Under the pieces are notes generated by a model that saw only the letters and a program-made list of their open reading frames with translations, was not told the DNA's origin and did no database searches. This document shows, in pieces, positions 20,398-31,678 of a DNA stretch of 62,593 nt. This stretch comes from Actinomycetota bacterium (GTDB lineage: Bacteria > Actinomycetota > UBA4738 > HRBIN12): assembly GCA_046724395.1 (NCBI GenBank), contig JBKOWM010000002.1, positions 1-62,593 of the forward strand, read 5' to 3'. How positions within the stretch are numbered: position 1 is the stretch's first letter; every line of letters starts with the position of its first letter. The position numbers and the translations under genes were made by a program.

Positions 20398-21786
20398 CTA
20401 CAGGCTCCCCAACGCCTCGAAGGCGAGCCCGTCGAGGATGTCCGTCTCCGAGACCAACGTGCGGTCGAATCCGCACTGCGCCATCGTCTCGGTCAGCACG
20501 ACCGCGCCTGCGGTGATGACGTCCTCCCGCCCCGGCGGCATGACAGGAATCGCGGCCCGTTCCGGCGTCGCCATCGATGCCAGCCGCGACAACACGCGGC
20601 GCGCGTCGTCGAGCGTCAGCCACGATCGATGCGTGGCCTCCGGATCCCATCGCTTGAGATCGAGCGCGGTGCCCTGCATCGTCGTCGCCGTTCCCGCGAC
20701 GGCGATCAACGTTCTCGCGTCGCGCGTCGGCACCAGGAGCGAGGCCTCGGAGAGGCGCGCGCGCACCTCCGATCTGATCGCGTCGAGCTCGCGCCGCGTG
20801 GGCGGGTCCGTCCGCACGAACCGCTCCGTCATCCGGACGCTGCCGATCGGCAGCGACGCTGCGGCGACGGCCGCGTCTGCCCCGAACGCGAGCTCGGTCG
20901 ACCCGCCTCCGACATCGACGACGAGGTACGGGGAAGGCAGGTCGAGCCCACGCGTCGCGCCGTCGAACGACAGACGGGCCTCGTGCTCGCCGTCGATCAC
21001 GCGCAGGCGCTCGCCCGTAAGCCGCTCGACGGACCGCTCGAGCTCGATGCGGTTCGTCGCGTCGCGGACCGCGCTCGTCGCCGATACCGAGACGCGTTCG
21101 GCGTGCAGCGCGCGCGCCCGCGCGGCATAGCGCTCGAGGACGGCCAGAGTCCGCGCAAGAGCGGCCGGATCGATCCTGCCGGTGGCGTCGACGCCCGCTC
21201 CGATGCGGGTGATGACCATGTCGCGGGCGAACTCCTCGAGCGAGCCACCCGGCGACTCCGCCGCCACTAGCAGCCGAACGGAGTTCGTGCCGAGGTCGAC
21301 GACCCCGACACGACGCGAGGGCGACTTTGGATGCACGGGGTCGACACGCCCGGCGACCCACGCACCGACCGGGTCCTTGCCGCCAGCCAGGTGGTTCGCA
21401 TAATGCGCGTGAAGGCACTTGATGCCGCGGCGCGTTCCTGCGACGCCGCCGAATGACTCCGCGCCCACGGCATCACGAGCGCGCTCGCGAGCGTACTCGT
21501 CGTGCGCACGCGCAAGGGCCGCGGCGAGCGCGGGATCACCGTCGATCCGCTCGTTCAGCGCGGCGATCGCGCCCGTTGACTCCAGCCGAGAGACGGCTCG
21601 GACGGCGTCCGGACAGGTCAGCCAGAACAAGGTCGGGAACGGCCGTCCCTCGGCGTCGAACGGGCGGTTGCGGATCACGAGCGGATGGCCGCCGACACAC
21701 CGTACGACGACGCTGAACGCCGTCGTCGGTTGGCGACCGAGCTGCGAGGCGACGAGCGCGAGGTCCGACCCGCGGGTCTCGCCCAT
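20398..21786 (-). CDS. Fusion of a DUF501 domain with a Ppx/GppA-family phosphatase
   Basis: N-terminal roughly 150 aa with PFPTLFWLTCPDAVRAVSRLE and GIKCLHAHYANHLAG (DUF501-like). Then VVDLGTNSVRLLVA, VVDVGGGSTEL and ASHKD-fold motifs of Ppx/GppA. Confidence 0.85.
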   Translation of the reverse strand: MGETRGSDLALVASQLGRQPTTAFSVVVRCVGGHPLVIRNRPFDAEGRPFPTLFWLTCPDAVRAVSRLESTGAIAALNERIDGDPALAAALARAHDEYARERARDAVGAESFGGVAGTRRGIKCLHAHYANHLAGGKDPVGAWVAGRVDPVHPKSPSRRVGVVDLGTNSVRLLVAAESPGGSLEEFARDMVITRIGAGVDATGRIDPAALARTLAVLERYAARARALHAERVSVSATSAVRDATNRIELERSVERLTGERLRVIDGEHEARLSFDGATRGLDLPSPYLVVDVGGGSTELAFGADAAVAAASLPIGSVRMTERFVRTDPPTRRELDAIRSEVRARLSEASLLVPTRDARTLIAVAGTATTMQGTALDLKRWDPEATHRSWLTLDDARRVLSRLASMATPERAAIPVMPPGREDVITAGAVVLTETMAQCGFDRTLVSETDILDGLAFEALGSL

Positions 21787-21797
21787 GCGGGCGGATG

Positions 21798-22160
21798 CTA
21801 CTTGCGCTTGTGCTCGACCGAGCGCTTGAAGTCGACCTGCCGTTCCTCGCTCTGGCGCATGAACCTTTTGAGCATCGACTCGAACCCGGGGTCCGAGCCT
21901 CGCCGGGGTCGCGGCGGCGCTGGGTCCTGCAGGGCCTTGATGGAGAGATCGATCTTGCCGTCCTCCTTGATGGCGATGACCTTCGCCTGGACGACATCGC
22001 TCTCGCGGAGGTGGTCGTGGACGTCCTTCACGTAATTGCGGTCGATCTCGGAGATGTGCACGAGCCCGACCTTACCGCCCTCGAGCGTCAGAAACGCCCC
22101 GTACGGCGTGATGCGCGACACGGTCCCGTCGACGACCGCGCCGACCTCGAGATCTGCCAG
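21798..22160 (-). CDS. S1 RNA-binding domain protein (YabR-like); probable CTG start
   Basis: ITPYGAFLTLEGGKVGLVHISEIDRNYVKDVHDHL...KVIAIKEDGKIDLSIK. The ORF-track GTG (22121) cuts off the first S1 strand. In-frame LADLEVGAVVDGTV lies upstream with no ATG/GTG/TTG. CTG at 22158-22160 sits 6 nt after AAAAGGGG. Confidence 0.75.
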   Translation of the reverse strand: MADLEVGAVVDGTVSRITPYGAFLTLEGGKVGLVHISEIDRNYVKDVHDHLRESDVVQAKVIAIKEDGKIDLSIKALQDPAPPRPRRGSDPGFESMLKRFMRQSEERQVDFKRSVEHKRK

Positions 22161-22369
22161 TTGAACCCCTTTTCTACGCGGTGGTTTCCCGTCGATGCAG
22201 CAGGCGGCAACTATCCCATCGGCTTCAGAACGCCGTCAATACGCCTCACCCGGGTGGCACGGTAGGTCGCATTCAGCGTAGGAATGGCCCATTCGGGTAG
22301 CTGAGAAGCCTCGTCCAATAGCGTATACAAGGGACGGGAAGGGTCACCGATCGGGAGCGGAGCCGGCCC

Positions 22370-23818
22370 TTGAAGCAAGATTCAGCGTCCGCGCGGGGCG
22401 TGGTGGTCGTCGACCGACGGCCCCTGGAGCGAAATCTCGTCCGATTCATCCTCCAGGAGAACGGTTTCGATGTGACCGCCGAGGCCGCCACGCCCGCCGA
22501 CGCGGTGCGAGCGGTTGAGCGCGATCGTCCGGCCGTCGTCGTGCTCCACGAGAATGCGGCGTGGGAGCGCGGCCGGCCGACGATTCCCCAGCTTCGCCAA
22601 GCCCTGCCGGGCGCGAAGGTGCTGGTCATCACGCCCGCGTTCGGCGTGGTTCGAGTCGAGCTCCTCCGCGACGCCGACGCCGTTCTCGAGGAAGGCATTG
22701 GCTTCAAGGACCTGCCGTTCGTGATCGGACGGCTTGCGGCCGGCGACGCGGCCCGCGGCGTTCCGCAGCCGCGCGGCGAGACAGGCGCAGCAGCCCCGCG
22801 CCGCTCACGAGAGCGCTGGATCAACCGGTTTCAGGGCGCCACCGCCGCGGCGGTCGTCTTCCTCGCCTTCATGATCGCCGGTGCGGCCGGGCCCCCGGGG
22901 CCCGAGCGCCTCGGCGCCACCCCCGCGGTTGCCCTTCGGCAGGCGCGCGACAGCCTCGAGGACCTGCAGGCCGCCTCGAAGGGCCCCTCCGACGAACTGA
23001 TCCGGCGGGCGATCGCGCTGGCCTCGAACCGAGCGGTGGCGGTCGAGGCGGGGGCGAACGTGTCGACGCTCGACGCGGACATCGTCGCGCTCGTCGACGA
23101 CGTGCTCCCGAGCCTCGCCCCCGGTGCGGCGGATACCCTGCTCCTGGTCTTGGCCGACGTGCCGGGGCTTCCCACGCCGACACCGACGCCGGCGCCGACC
23201 GAGGAGGAACCGAGCCCCGAGCCATCGACGAGCGCGGAGGCTTCGCCGACGCCGTCCGAGGCGGTCACACCGACGCAATCACCATCGCCCGCCGAGGAAC
23301 CGACCGAGCAGCCCTCGGCACACGGGTCACCTCCGGCCCCAAGCGAGGAACCGTCGCCGAAGCCGACGGAGCAGCCGTCGCCGTCGCCCAAGCCGACCGA
23401 AGAACCCTCGCCGTCGCCGTCCGAAGAACCGTCCCCAACCCCGACCGTGGAGCCATCGCCGAGGCAGCAGCCGTCGCCGACGCAGGAACCGTCGCCGACC
23501 GACTCGCCGTCGAGCCCGTCCCCGTCGTGGACGGAGTCGCCGTCGCCGATCGAATCCCCGTCACCGACGGCGTCACCGCCATCGACCGACACCACGTCGC
23601 CGACTCCGACCAGCTCGTCGCCGGCTCCGACCAGCTCGTCGGCGGCTCCGACTACGTCGGCGACGAGCCCCTCCACTCCCTCGCCATCCTCGACGGAGAC
23701 CCCGACCCCGGCGGACGCCGGGCCCGGCGATGGCATGGCGATCCTCGTGCTCTCTCCGGGGATCGGCGTGGTGGCGTCGGCGATCGCGCGGCGCCGGGCG
23801 CGGCGGTCGCGCCGTTAG
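22370..23818 (+). CDS. Pseudo-receiver (REC-like) domain, TM segment, helical region, Pro/Ser/Thr/Glu-rich low-complexity region, then C-terminal TM helix with an Arg cluster
   Basis: REC-like VVVVDRRPLERNLVRFIL...RPAVVVLHENAAW...KVLVITP...GFKDL, with the phospho-acceptor position apparently occupied by His. TM AAAVVFLAFMIAGAAG. About 190 aa of (E)PSP/TPT repeats. Tail GPGDGMAILVLSPGIGVVASAIARRRARRSRR. Confidence 0.7.
   Translation: MKQDSASARGVVVVDRRPLERNLVRFILQENGFDVTAEAATPADAVRAVERDRPAVVVLHENAAWERGRPTIPQLRQALPGAKVLVITPAFGVVRVELLRDADAVLEEGIGFKDLPFVIGRLAAGDAARGVPQPRGETGAAAPRRSRERWINRFQGATAAAVVFLAFMIAGAAGPPGPERLGATPAVALRQARDSLEDLQAASKGPSDELIRRAIALASNRAVAVEAGANVSTLDADIVALVDDVLPSLAPGAADTLLLVLADVPGLPTPTPTPAPTEEEPSPEPSTSAEASPTPSEAVTPTQSPSPAEEPTEQPSAHGSPPAPSEEPSPKPTEQPSPSPKPTEEPSPSPSEEPSPTPTVEPSPRQQPSPTQEPSPTDSPSSPSPSWTESPSPIESPSPTASPPSTDTTSPTPTSSSPAPTSSSAAPTTSATSPSTPSPSSTETPTPADAGPGDGMAILVLSPGIGVVASAIARRRARRSRR
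23604..23662 (+). repeat. Imperfect 21-bp tandem repeat inside the PT-rich coding region
   Basis: CTCCGACCAGCTCGTCGCCGG (23604-23624), CTCCGACCAGCTCGTCGGCGG (23625-23645), then a shortened third copy. These encode PTSSSPA / PTSSSAA / PTTSA. Confidence 0.8.
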
Positions 23819-23845
23819 TCGGCGCAGGCTAGCCTGAAGAGAGGA

Positions 23846-26334
<2,489 letters not shown>

Positions 26335-26338
<4 letters not shown>

Positions 26339-27147
26339 CGCGCCTCTCGGAAGAGCCGGCGCACCTCGTCGTCCGGCATCGCGTCGACGTCCAGGCCGCG
26401 CTCGCGCACCAAGGCGGCGAAACGCGCGTACCGTCCGGCAAACCCCGAGGTCGTTCGGCGAAGCGCCGACTCCGCGTCGACACCTCGCTTGCGGGCGACC
26501 GCCGCCGTGGCAAACAGGACGTCTCCGATCTCCTCCTCGGCCTCGGAAGCGTCCTCCGCGCGAGCGAGCTCTTCGACCTCCTCGCGCAGAGCGTCGATGG
26601 CGTTGTCGATCGATCGCCACTCGAAGCCCCAGCCGGCGGCCCGTCGCTGCACCTTCGCCGCCCGCGCAAGCGCCGGCAGCGTCGGCGGGATGTCCTCCTC
26701 GAGCTCGCCGGCCTCCGAGGCACCTTTCTCGTCGGCCTTGATGCGCTCCCAGTTCACGAGCACTTCCTCGGCGCCGGACACTTCGACATCGCCGAAGACG
26801 TGCGGGTGCCGCCGTATCAGCTTGCGAACGATGCCTTCGGCGACGTCGTCGACGTCCCACTCCCCGGCGTCGGCGGCCATCTGCGCGTGAAACACGACCT
26901 GGAGCAACACGTCTCCGAGCTCCTCCCGCAGTCGGTCGACGTCGTCGTCGTCGATGGCCGCAAGCGTCTCGTGCGTCTCCTCGAGCAGGTGGCGCGCCAG
27001 CGAGCGATGCGTCTGCTCGCGGTCCCAGGGGCATCCTTCCGGACCGCGCAGCCGCGCCATCACACGGACGAGATCGAGGACGCGCTCACCTCGCCGGCTC
27101 GATGGCACGTCCCCGGCGCGGACGTCGCGGAGCTCGTCGTCGCTCAC
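26335..27147 (-). CDS. mazG: Nucleoside triphosphate pyrophosphohydrolase MazG (tandem MazG domains)
   Basis: LRGPEGCPWDREQTHRSL, EELGDVLLQVVFHAQMA, and second domain EEIGDVLFATAAVARKRGVD. Confidence 0.9.
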
Positions 27148-27166
27148 CGTCGGCGCCGCCCGACGT

Positions 27167-28207
27167 TCAGGGCGACGACGGCGGGGAGCCCGACGCTCCC
27201 GGCGCCGATGTGGCCGATGTGGCCGATGGGGTCGTCTCCGTGCTCCGGATCGGCAGAATCTCGCCCGTTGACGCGTCGAACCGCCCGTACTTCGGATTTA
27301 CGTCGATCTCCGCCGATTCGAGCCGCTTGCCGAGCCACGTCGAGAACGCCTGACTGCCGAGCGACCCGGTCAGCTGATCCTTGACTTCGTCGAGCGGCTG
27401 GACGTCCGCGCTCACGAGCTGGATCACGTGCCAACCGAACTGCGTGTGCACCGGGGCGGAGATCTCCCCCGGCCGAAGAGCCAGCGCCGCCGCGACGAAG
27501 TCCGGGTCGAGCGACGACGCCGAGATCGTCCCGAGGTCGCCGCCGTTGTCCGCCGACGCGTCGTCGGTCGAGTACCGCTTCGCCAACCGGGCGAAGTTGT
27601 TCGGCGTCGCCTCGTCGGCGATGCGCTGCGCCAGCGACTTGGACTTCACCAGGATGTGCCTGGCGTGAATCTGCGTGAACTGCTGCTTCTGCTGTTCGTA
27701 CAACTGGCGGAGCTGCTCGTCGCTGATGTTCGCCGACCCGATCGCTTGCTGCGTCTTCGAAAACAGCAGCAGCCTGTGAGCGAGCGCCTGGAACTGCGCG
27801 CGAGTGACACCACCTTCGCGGAGCCGCCGATCCAACTGATCCGCACCGCCGAGGTTGCCCTCGAGTTGCGAGATTACGTCGTTGATGTCGGCGTCGGCGA
27901 CGGTGATGTCGTGCGCAGCCGCGTAGTGCTTGACGATGTCCTCCTGGATCAGGTTCGAGAGCGTGAACCTCGCACACGCCGCATCCGTCGACTCCCCCGC
28001 CTGGGCCTGGCCGCACGGCTGCTGCTGAAGACTTCCGAGAAAGGAGAACAGCACCATCTGGTCCTGCAACTGCGCGTCGGTGATCGTTTCGCCGTCGACG
28101 ACGGCGGCCGGCGGCCGCGCGGAGCCGCACGCGGAAAGCGCGACGGCGGCCAACGCGGCGGCGGCGAGCCGGAGAAATGGAGGAGGCGCGGTGCGAAGCG
28201 GGCACAT
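27167..28207 (-). CDS. Lipoprotein parvulin-type peptidyl-prolyl isomerase (PrsA/SurA-like)
   Basis: Lipobox AVALSAC. Parvulin core IHARHILV...DNGGDLG...TQFGWHVIQL. Ser/Thr/Pro-rich tail. Confidence 0.85.
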   Translation of the reverse strand: MCPLRTAPPPFLRLAAAALAAVALSACGSARPPAAVVDGETITDAQLQDQMVLFSFLGSLQQQPCGQAQAGESTDAACARFTLSNLIQEDIVKHYAAAHDITVADADINDVISQLEGNLGGADQLDRRLREGGVTRAQFQALAHRLLLFSKTQQAIGSANISDEQLRQLYEQQKQQFTQIHARHILVKSKSLAQRIADEATPNNFARLAKRYSTDDASADNGGDLGTISASSLDPDFVAAALALRPGEISAPVHTQFGWHVIQLVSADVQPLDEVKDQLTGSLGSQAFSTWLGKRLESAEIDVNPKYGRFDASTGEILPIRSTETTPSATSATSAPGASGSPPSSP

Positions 28208-31200
28208 CAGCCGGCGATGCTAACAGAGGGTCGCTCCGATCCCGTGGCCCGCAACATCGCCGACTCGACGCGACCGGGGAGCGCCACGCCGGCCACGCGA
28301 GCAACCGGCACGTTCAGCGTCGCGGTCGCTCGATGGTACGTGGCGCCCGGGACCCGAGCGCGGAGCGCAGTCTCGTCCTCCTCGGCGAGCGCGACCGGCC
28401 TCGCCCGGACCTCGTCGCGGTACGTGGCGACATCTGTGACCCCGACAAGCGAACACGTGATCCGAAGGGATGCGATGGCGAGCAGCGTCTCGACCTCCTG
28501 CGGTAGCTGGCCGAACCGGTCCTGCGCCTCCGCGCGGACCTCCGCCAGACGCTCGTGTTCGCCGGCCGTGGCGATGTTGCGGTACAGCTCTAGCCGCAGC
28601 GCCTCCTGCGCCACCCAGCCGACCGGCACGAACGCCTTGACAGGCAAGTCGATACGGATCTCGCGCTCCTCCGGGAGCGGTTCGCCCTTCATCTCCGCGA
28701 CCGACTCCCTCAACAACCTCGCGTACGTGTCGAAGCCGACCGCCGCGATGTGTCCGTGCTGCTCGGCGCCGAGGATGTTGCCGGCTCCGCGGATCTCCAG
28801 GTCGCGGAGCGCGATCTGGAAGCCGCTGCCGAGCGCCGTGTGTTTGCTGATCGTCGCCAGGCGATCGTGGGCCTCCTCGGTGAGGCTCTGGGCCGGCGGA
28901 AAGAAGAAGTACGCGAACGCCCGCTCGGTCGATCGCCCGACACGTCCGCGCAGCTGATACATCTGCGCCAACCCGAGGCGATCGGCGCGGTCGACGACGA
29001 GCGTATTCGCGCTCGGGACGTCGAGGCCGGACTCGATGATCGTGGTGGACACGAGCACATCGGCATCGCGGTCCCAGAACCGCATCATCCGCTGCTCGAG
29101 CGCATCCTCGTCCATCTGACCGTGCGCGACGACGATCCGCGCGTCAGGGACCTCGTCGCGCAGCCACGCCGCCTCCCGATCGACGGTCGCGACGCGGTTG
29201 TGGACCCAGAAGACCTGACCCCCGCGAAGCAGCTCGCGGCGCACGGCGCCGAGCGCGAGATCGGGCTGATATGGCCCGACGTAGGTGAGCACCGGCTGCC
29301 GATCCTCTGGCGGGGTATCGACGACGCTCATATCGCGGATCCCGGTGAGCGCCATCTCCAGCGTCCGCGGGATCGGCGTCGCCGTCATCGTGAGGACGTC
29401 GACGTACGCGCGCATCGTTTTCAGTCGCTCCTTGTGGGTGACGCCGAATCGCTGCTCCTCGTCCACGACGAGCAATCCGAGGTCTTTGAAGCGCACGTCC
29501 GTCGACAGCAGGCGATGCGTCCCGATCACGACGTCGATCTTTCCGCGCTCGAGGTCGCGAAGGACGTCGCGCTGCTCCGAGGGCGACACGAACCGCGACA
29601 GCATCCGCACGGTCACGGGGAACGCCGAGAACCGCTCCGAGAACGTGATGAAGTGCTGCTCGGCCAGGAGCGTCGTCGGGACGAGCACGGCGACCTGCTT
29701 GCCGTCCATGACGGCCTTGAAGGCGGCGCGCACCGCGATCTCGGTCTTGCCGTACCCGACGTCACCGCAGATGAGCCGGTCCATCGGTCGATCCCGCTCC
29801 ATGTCACGCTTGACCTCGTCGATCGCCGCGATCTGATCGCGCGTCTCCTCATGCGGGAAGGCGTCTTCCATCTCCGCCTGCCATGGAGCGTCCGGGCCAA
29901 ACGCGTGACCTCGGACGCTCATCCGAACGGAGTAGAGGCGCACCAGCTCGCCGGCCATGTCGCGGACGGCGCGCTTGACCCTCGTCCTCGTTTTCACCCA
30001 GTCGCTCGTGCCGAGCCGTGACAGGCGCGGCTCCTCGCCGCCGACGTAGCGCGCCACCATCCCCACCTGGTCCGTCGGCACGCTCAGGCGATCGCCGGCC
30101 GCGTACTCGAGCACCATGTAGTCGCGCTCGCTCCCCGCGACTGCCCGCCTCTGGATACCGATGAACCGCCCGACGCCGTGGACGCGATGGACCGCGAAGT
30201 CGCCCGGCGTAAGCTCGTCTGCGACGGTGTCCGTCCGCCGCCTGGTCAGGCGTGGAGCGGATCGCGTGTGCCGGCGAGAGCCGAACAGGTCCTCCTCTGT
30301 CGCGACCGCCAGTCGGCCCGGGCCGAATACGAACCCGCCCGCGAGGTCGGCCTCGACGGCGATGGCAGTGGCGGACGGGTCGGCCTCGACGAGGCGAAGA
30401 CCCGCGTCCCCGACGACCTCCCGCGCGCGCTCGAGGCTGCCATGCGCGGCTGCGGCGACGACGACGCGGTGGCGCCGCGCGTGCAGCTCGACGAGCCTGC
30501 CGGCGAGCTCCGGGGCATTGCCCTGGGCCGTCCCCCATGACGCGAAGCCGAGGTCCGTGCCCTCGGCGAACTCGCTCAGGTGCAGGCACGTGCGGCCGGC
30601 GAGCGCGTCGGCGAGGTCGACGACGACGTCCGGGCCCGGCCATGCCGACGCGTCGGCGAGGGCGCGTGCGTCGTCCACGGCTTGACGGGCGCGGTCCTCC
30701 ACCCGCCGTGCACGGACGAGGATCGTCCAGCTTCCGGGTGCCAGAAGCTCCGGAAGCGCGGGCATGTGGTCGAACAACAGCGGCGCGAGCGTCTCCGAGC
30801 CCTCGAATGCCAGACCGTCGGCGAAACGCGCGAGCCGGTCTCGGTAGTGATCGAGGGCGCGCGGCGCCAGCTGGGCGGCGCGCTCGCGCAGCGCGGGCGT
30901 CGGGACGAGTTCGCGAACCGGGTGGATCTCGACGATCGGCGCAGGATCCGCCGACCGCTGCGTCGCCGGAACGAACGATCGGAGCGACTCGATCTCGTCG
31001 CCCCAGAACTCGGCGCGGACCGGCCGGCGCTCGGTTCCCGCAAACACGTCGAGGATCCCGCCTCGGACGGCGAATTCCCCGCGATGCTCGACGACGTCGG
31101 CCCGGACGTAGCCGAGCTCGACGAGCCGATCGGCGGTCGCCTCGAGCGGTGCCCGAGTCCCGCGAACGAGCACGAGAGGCTCGTCCAGGCCCAGGTCGGG

Positions 31201-31584
31201 GACGATGCGCTGGACGACCGCAGTCGCCGGCGCCGTGAGCACGAACGCACCCGACGCGCGCCGAATCCCGCGGAGGGCCTGTGCTCTTCGCGACGCGACC
31301 TCGGCGCCCGGGCTGATGCCCTCGTACGGCAGCGCCTCCCATGCGGGGAACGCCGCGGCTCGATCGGGATCGAGGTAGGCGGCCGCCCCGCGAGCAAGAG
31401 CGTCGGCTTCGCGCGGATCGGGAGTGACGGCAAGTACCGGCGCGTCGAGCGAGCGTGCGAGCGCCGCGATCAGGAAGTCGTGTCCCGCCTCCGCATGCGC
31501 AAGGATCGGCCGGGCGCGGTCCAGCAGGAGCCGCTCGAACGGCTCCGAGGCGATCAGCTCGTCTAGCAATCGTGCGAGATCCAC
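28207..31584 (-). CDS. mfd: Transcription-repair coupling factor Mfd
   Basis: 1125 aa. Walker A ICGDVGYGKTEIAVRAAF, LVVDEEQRFGV, RGRVGRS, and CarD-like region FAVHRVHGVGRFIG. Confidence 0.97.
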   Translation of the reverse strand: MDLARLLDELIASEPFERLLLDRARPILAHAEAGHDFLIAALARSLDAPVLAVTPDPREADALARGAAAYLDPDRAAAFPAWEALPYEGISPGAEVASRRAQALRGIRRASGAFVLTAPATAVVQRIVPDLGLDEPLVLVRGTRAPLEATADRLVELGYVRADVVEHRGEFAVRGGILDVFAGTERRPVRAEFWGDEIESLRSFVPATQRSADPAPIVEIHPVRELVPTPALRERAAQLAPRALDHYRDRLARFADGLAFEGSETLAPLLFDHMPALPELLAPGSWTILVRARRVEDRARQAVDDARALADASAWPGPDVVVDLADALAGRTCLHLSEFAEGTDLGFASWGTAQGNAPELAGRLVELHARRHRVVVAAAAHGSLERAREVVGDAGLRLVEADPSATAIAVEADLAGGFVFGPGRLAVATEEDLFGSRRHTRSAPRLTRRRTDTVADELTPGDFAVHRVHGVGRFIGIQRRAVAGSERDYMVLEYAAGDRLSVPTDQVGMVARYVGGEEPRLSRLGTSDWVKTRTRVKRAVRDMAGELVRLYSVRMSVRGHAFGPDAPWQAEMEDAFPHEETRDQIAAIDEVKRDMERDRPMDRLICGDVGYGKTEIAVRAAFKAVMDGKQVAVLVPTTLLAEQHFITFSERFSAFPVTVRMLSRFVSPSEQRDVLRDLERGKIDVVIGTHRLLSTDVRFKDLGLLVVDEEQRFGVTHKERLKTMRAYVDVLTMTATPIPRTLEMALTGIRDMSVVDTPPEDRQPVLTYVGPYQPDLALGAVRRELLRGGQVFWVHNRVATVDREAAWLRDEVPDARIVVAHGQMDEDALEQRMMRFWDRDADVLVSTTIIESGLDVPSANTLVVDRADRLGLAQMYQLRGRVGRSTERAFAYFFFPPAQSLTEEAHDRLATISKHTALGSGFQIALRDLEIRGAGNILGAEQHGHIAAVGFDTYARLLRESVAEMKGEPLPEEREIRIDLPVKAFVPVGWVAQEALRLELYRNIATAGEHERLAEVRAEAQDRFGQLPQEVETLLAIASLRITCSLVGVTDVATYRDEVRARPVALAEEDETALRARVPGATYHRATATLNVPVARVAGVALPGRVESAMLRATGSERPSVSIAG

Positions 31585-31678
31585 GCGTCGCTAATCTCCG
31601 GGCAACACGACGAGGCCTCGCCGGTACCGACGGGGCCTAGCGTTCGAGTGTAGCGGGCGTCCGAGAAAGGCCGTGCAC

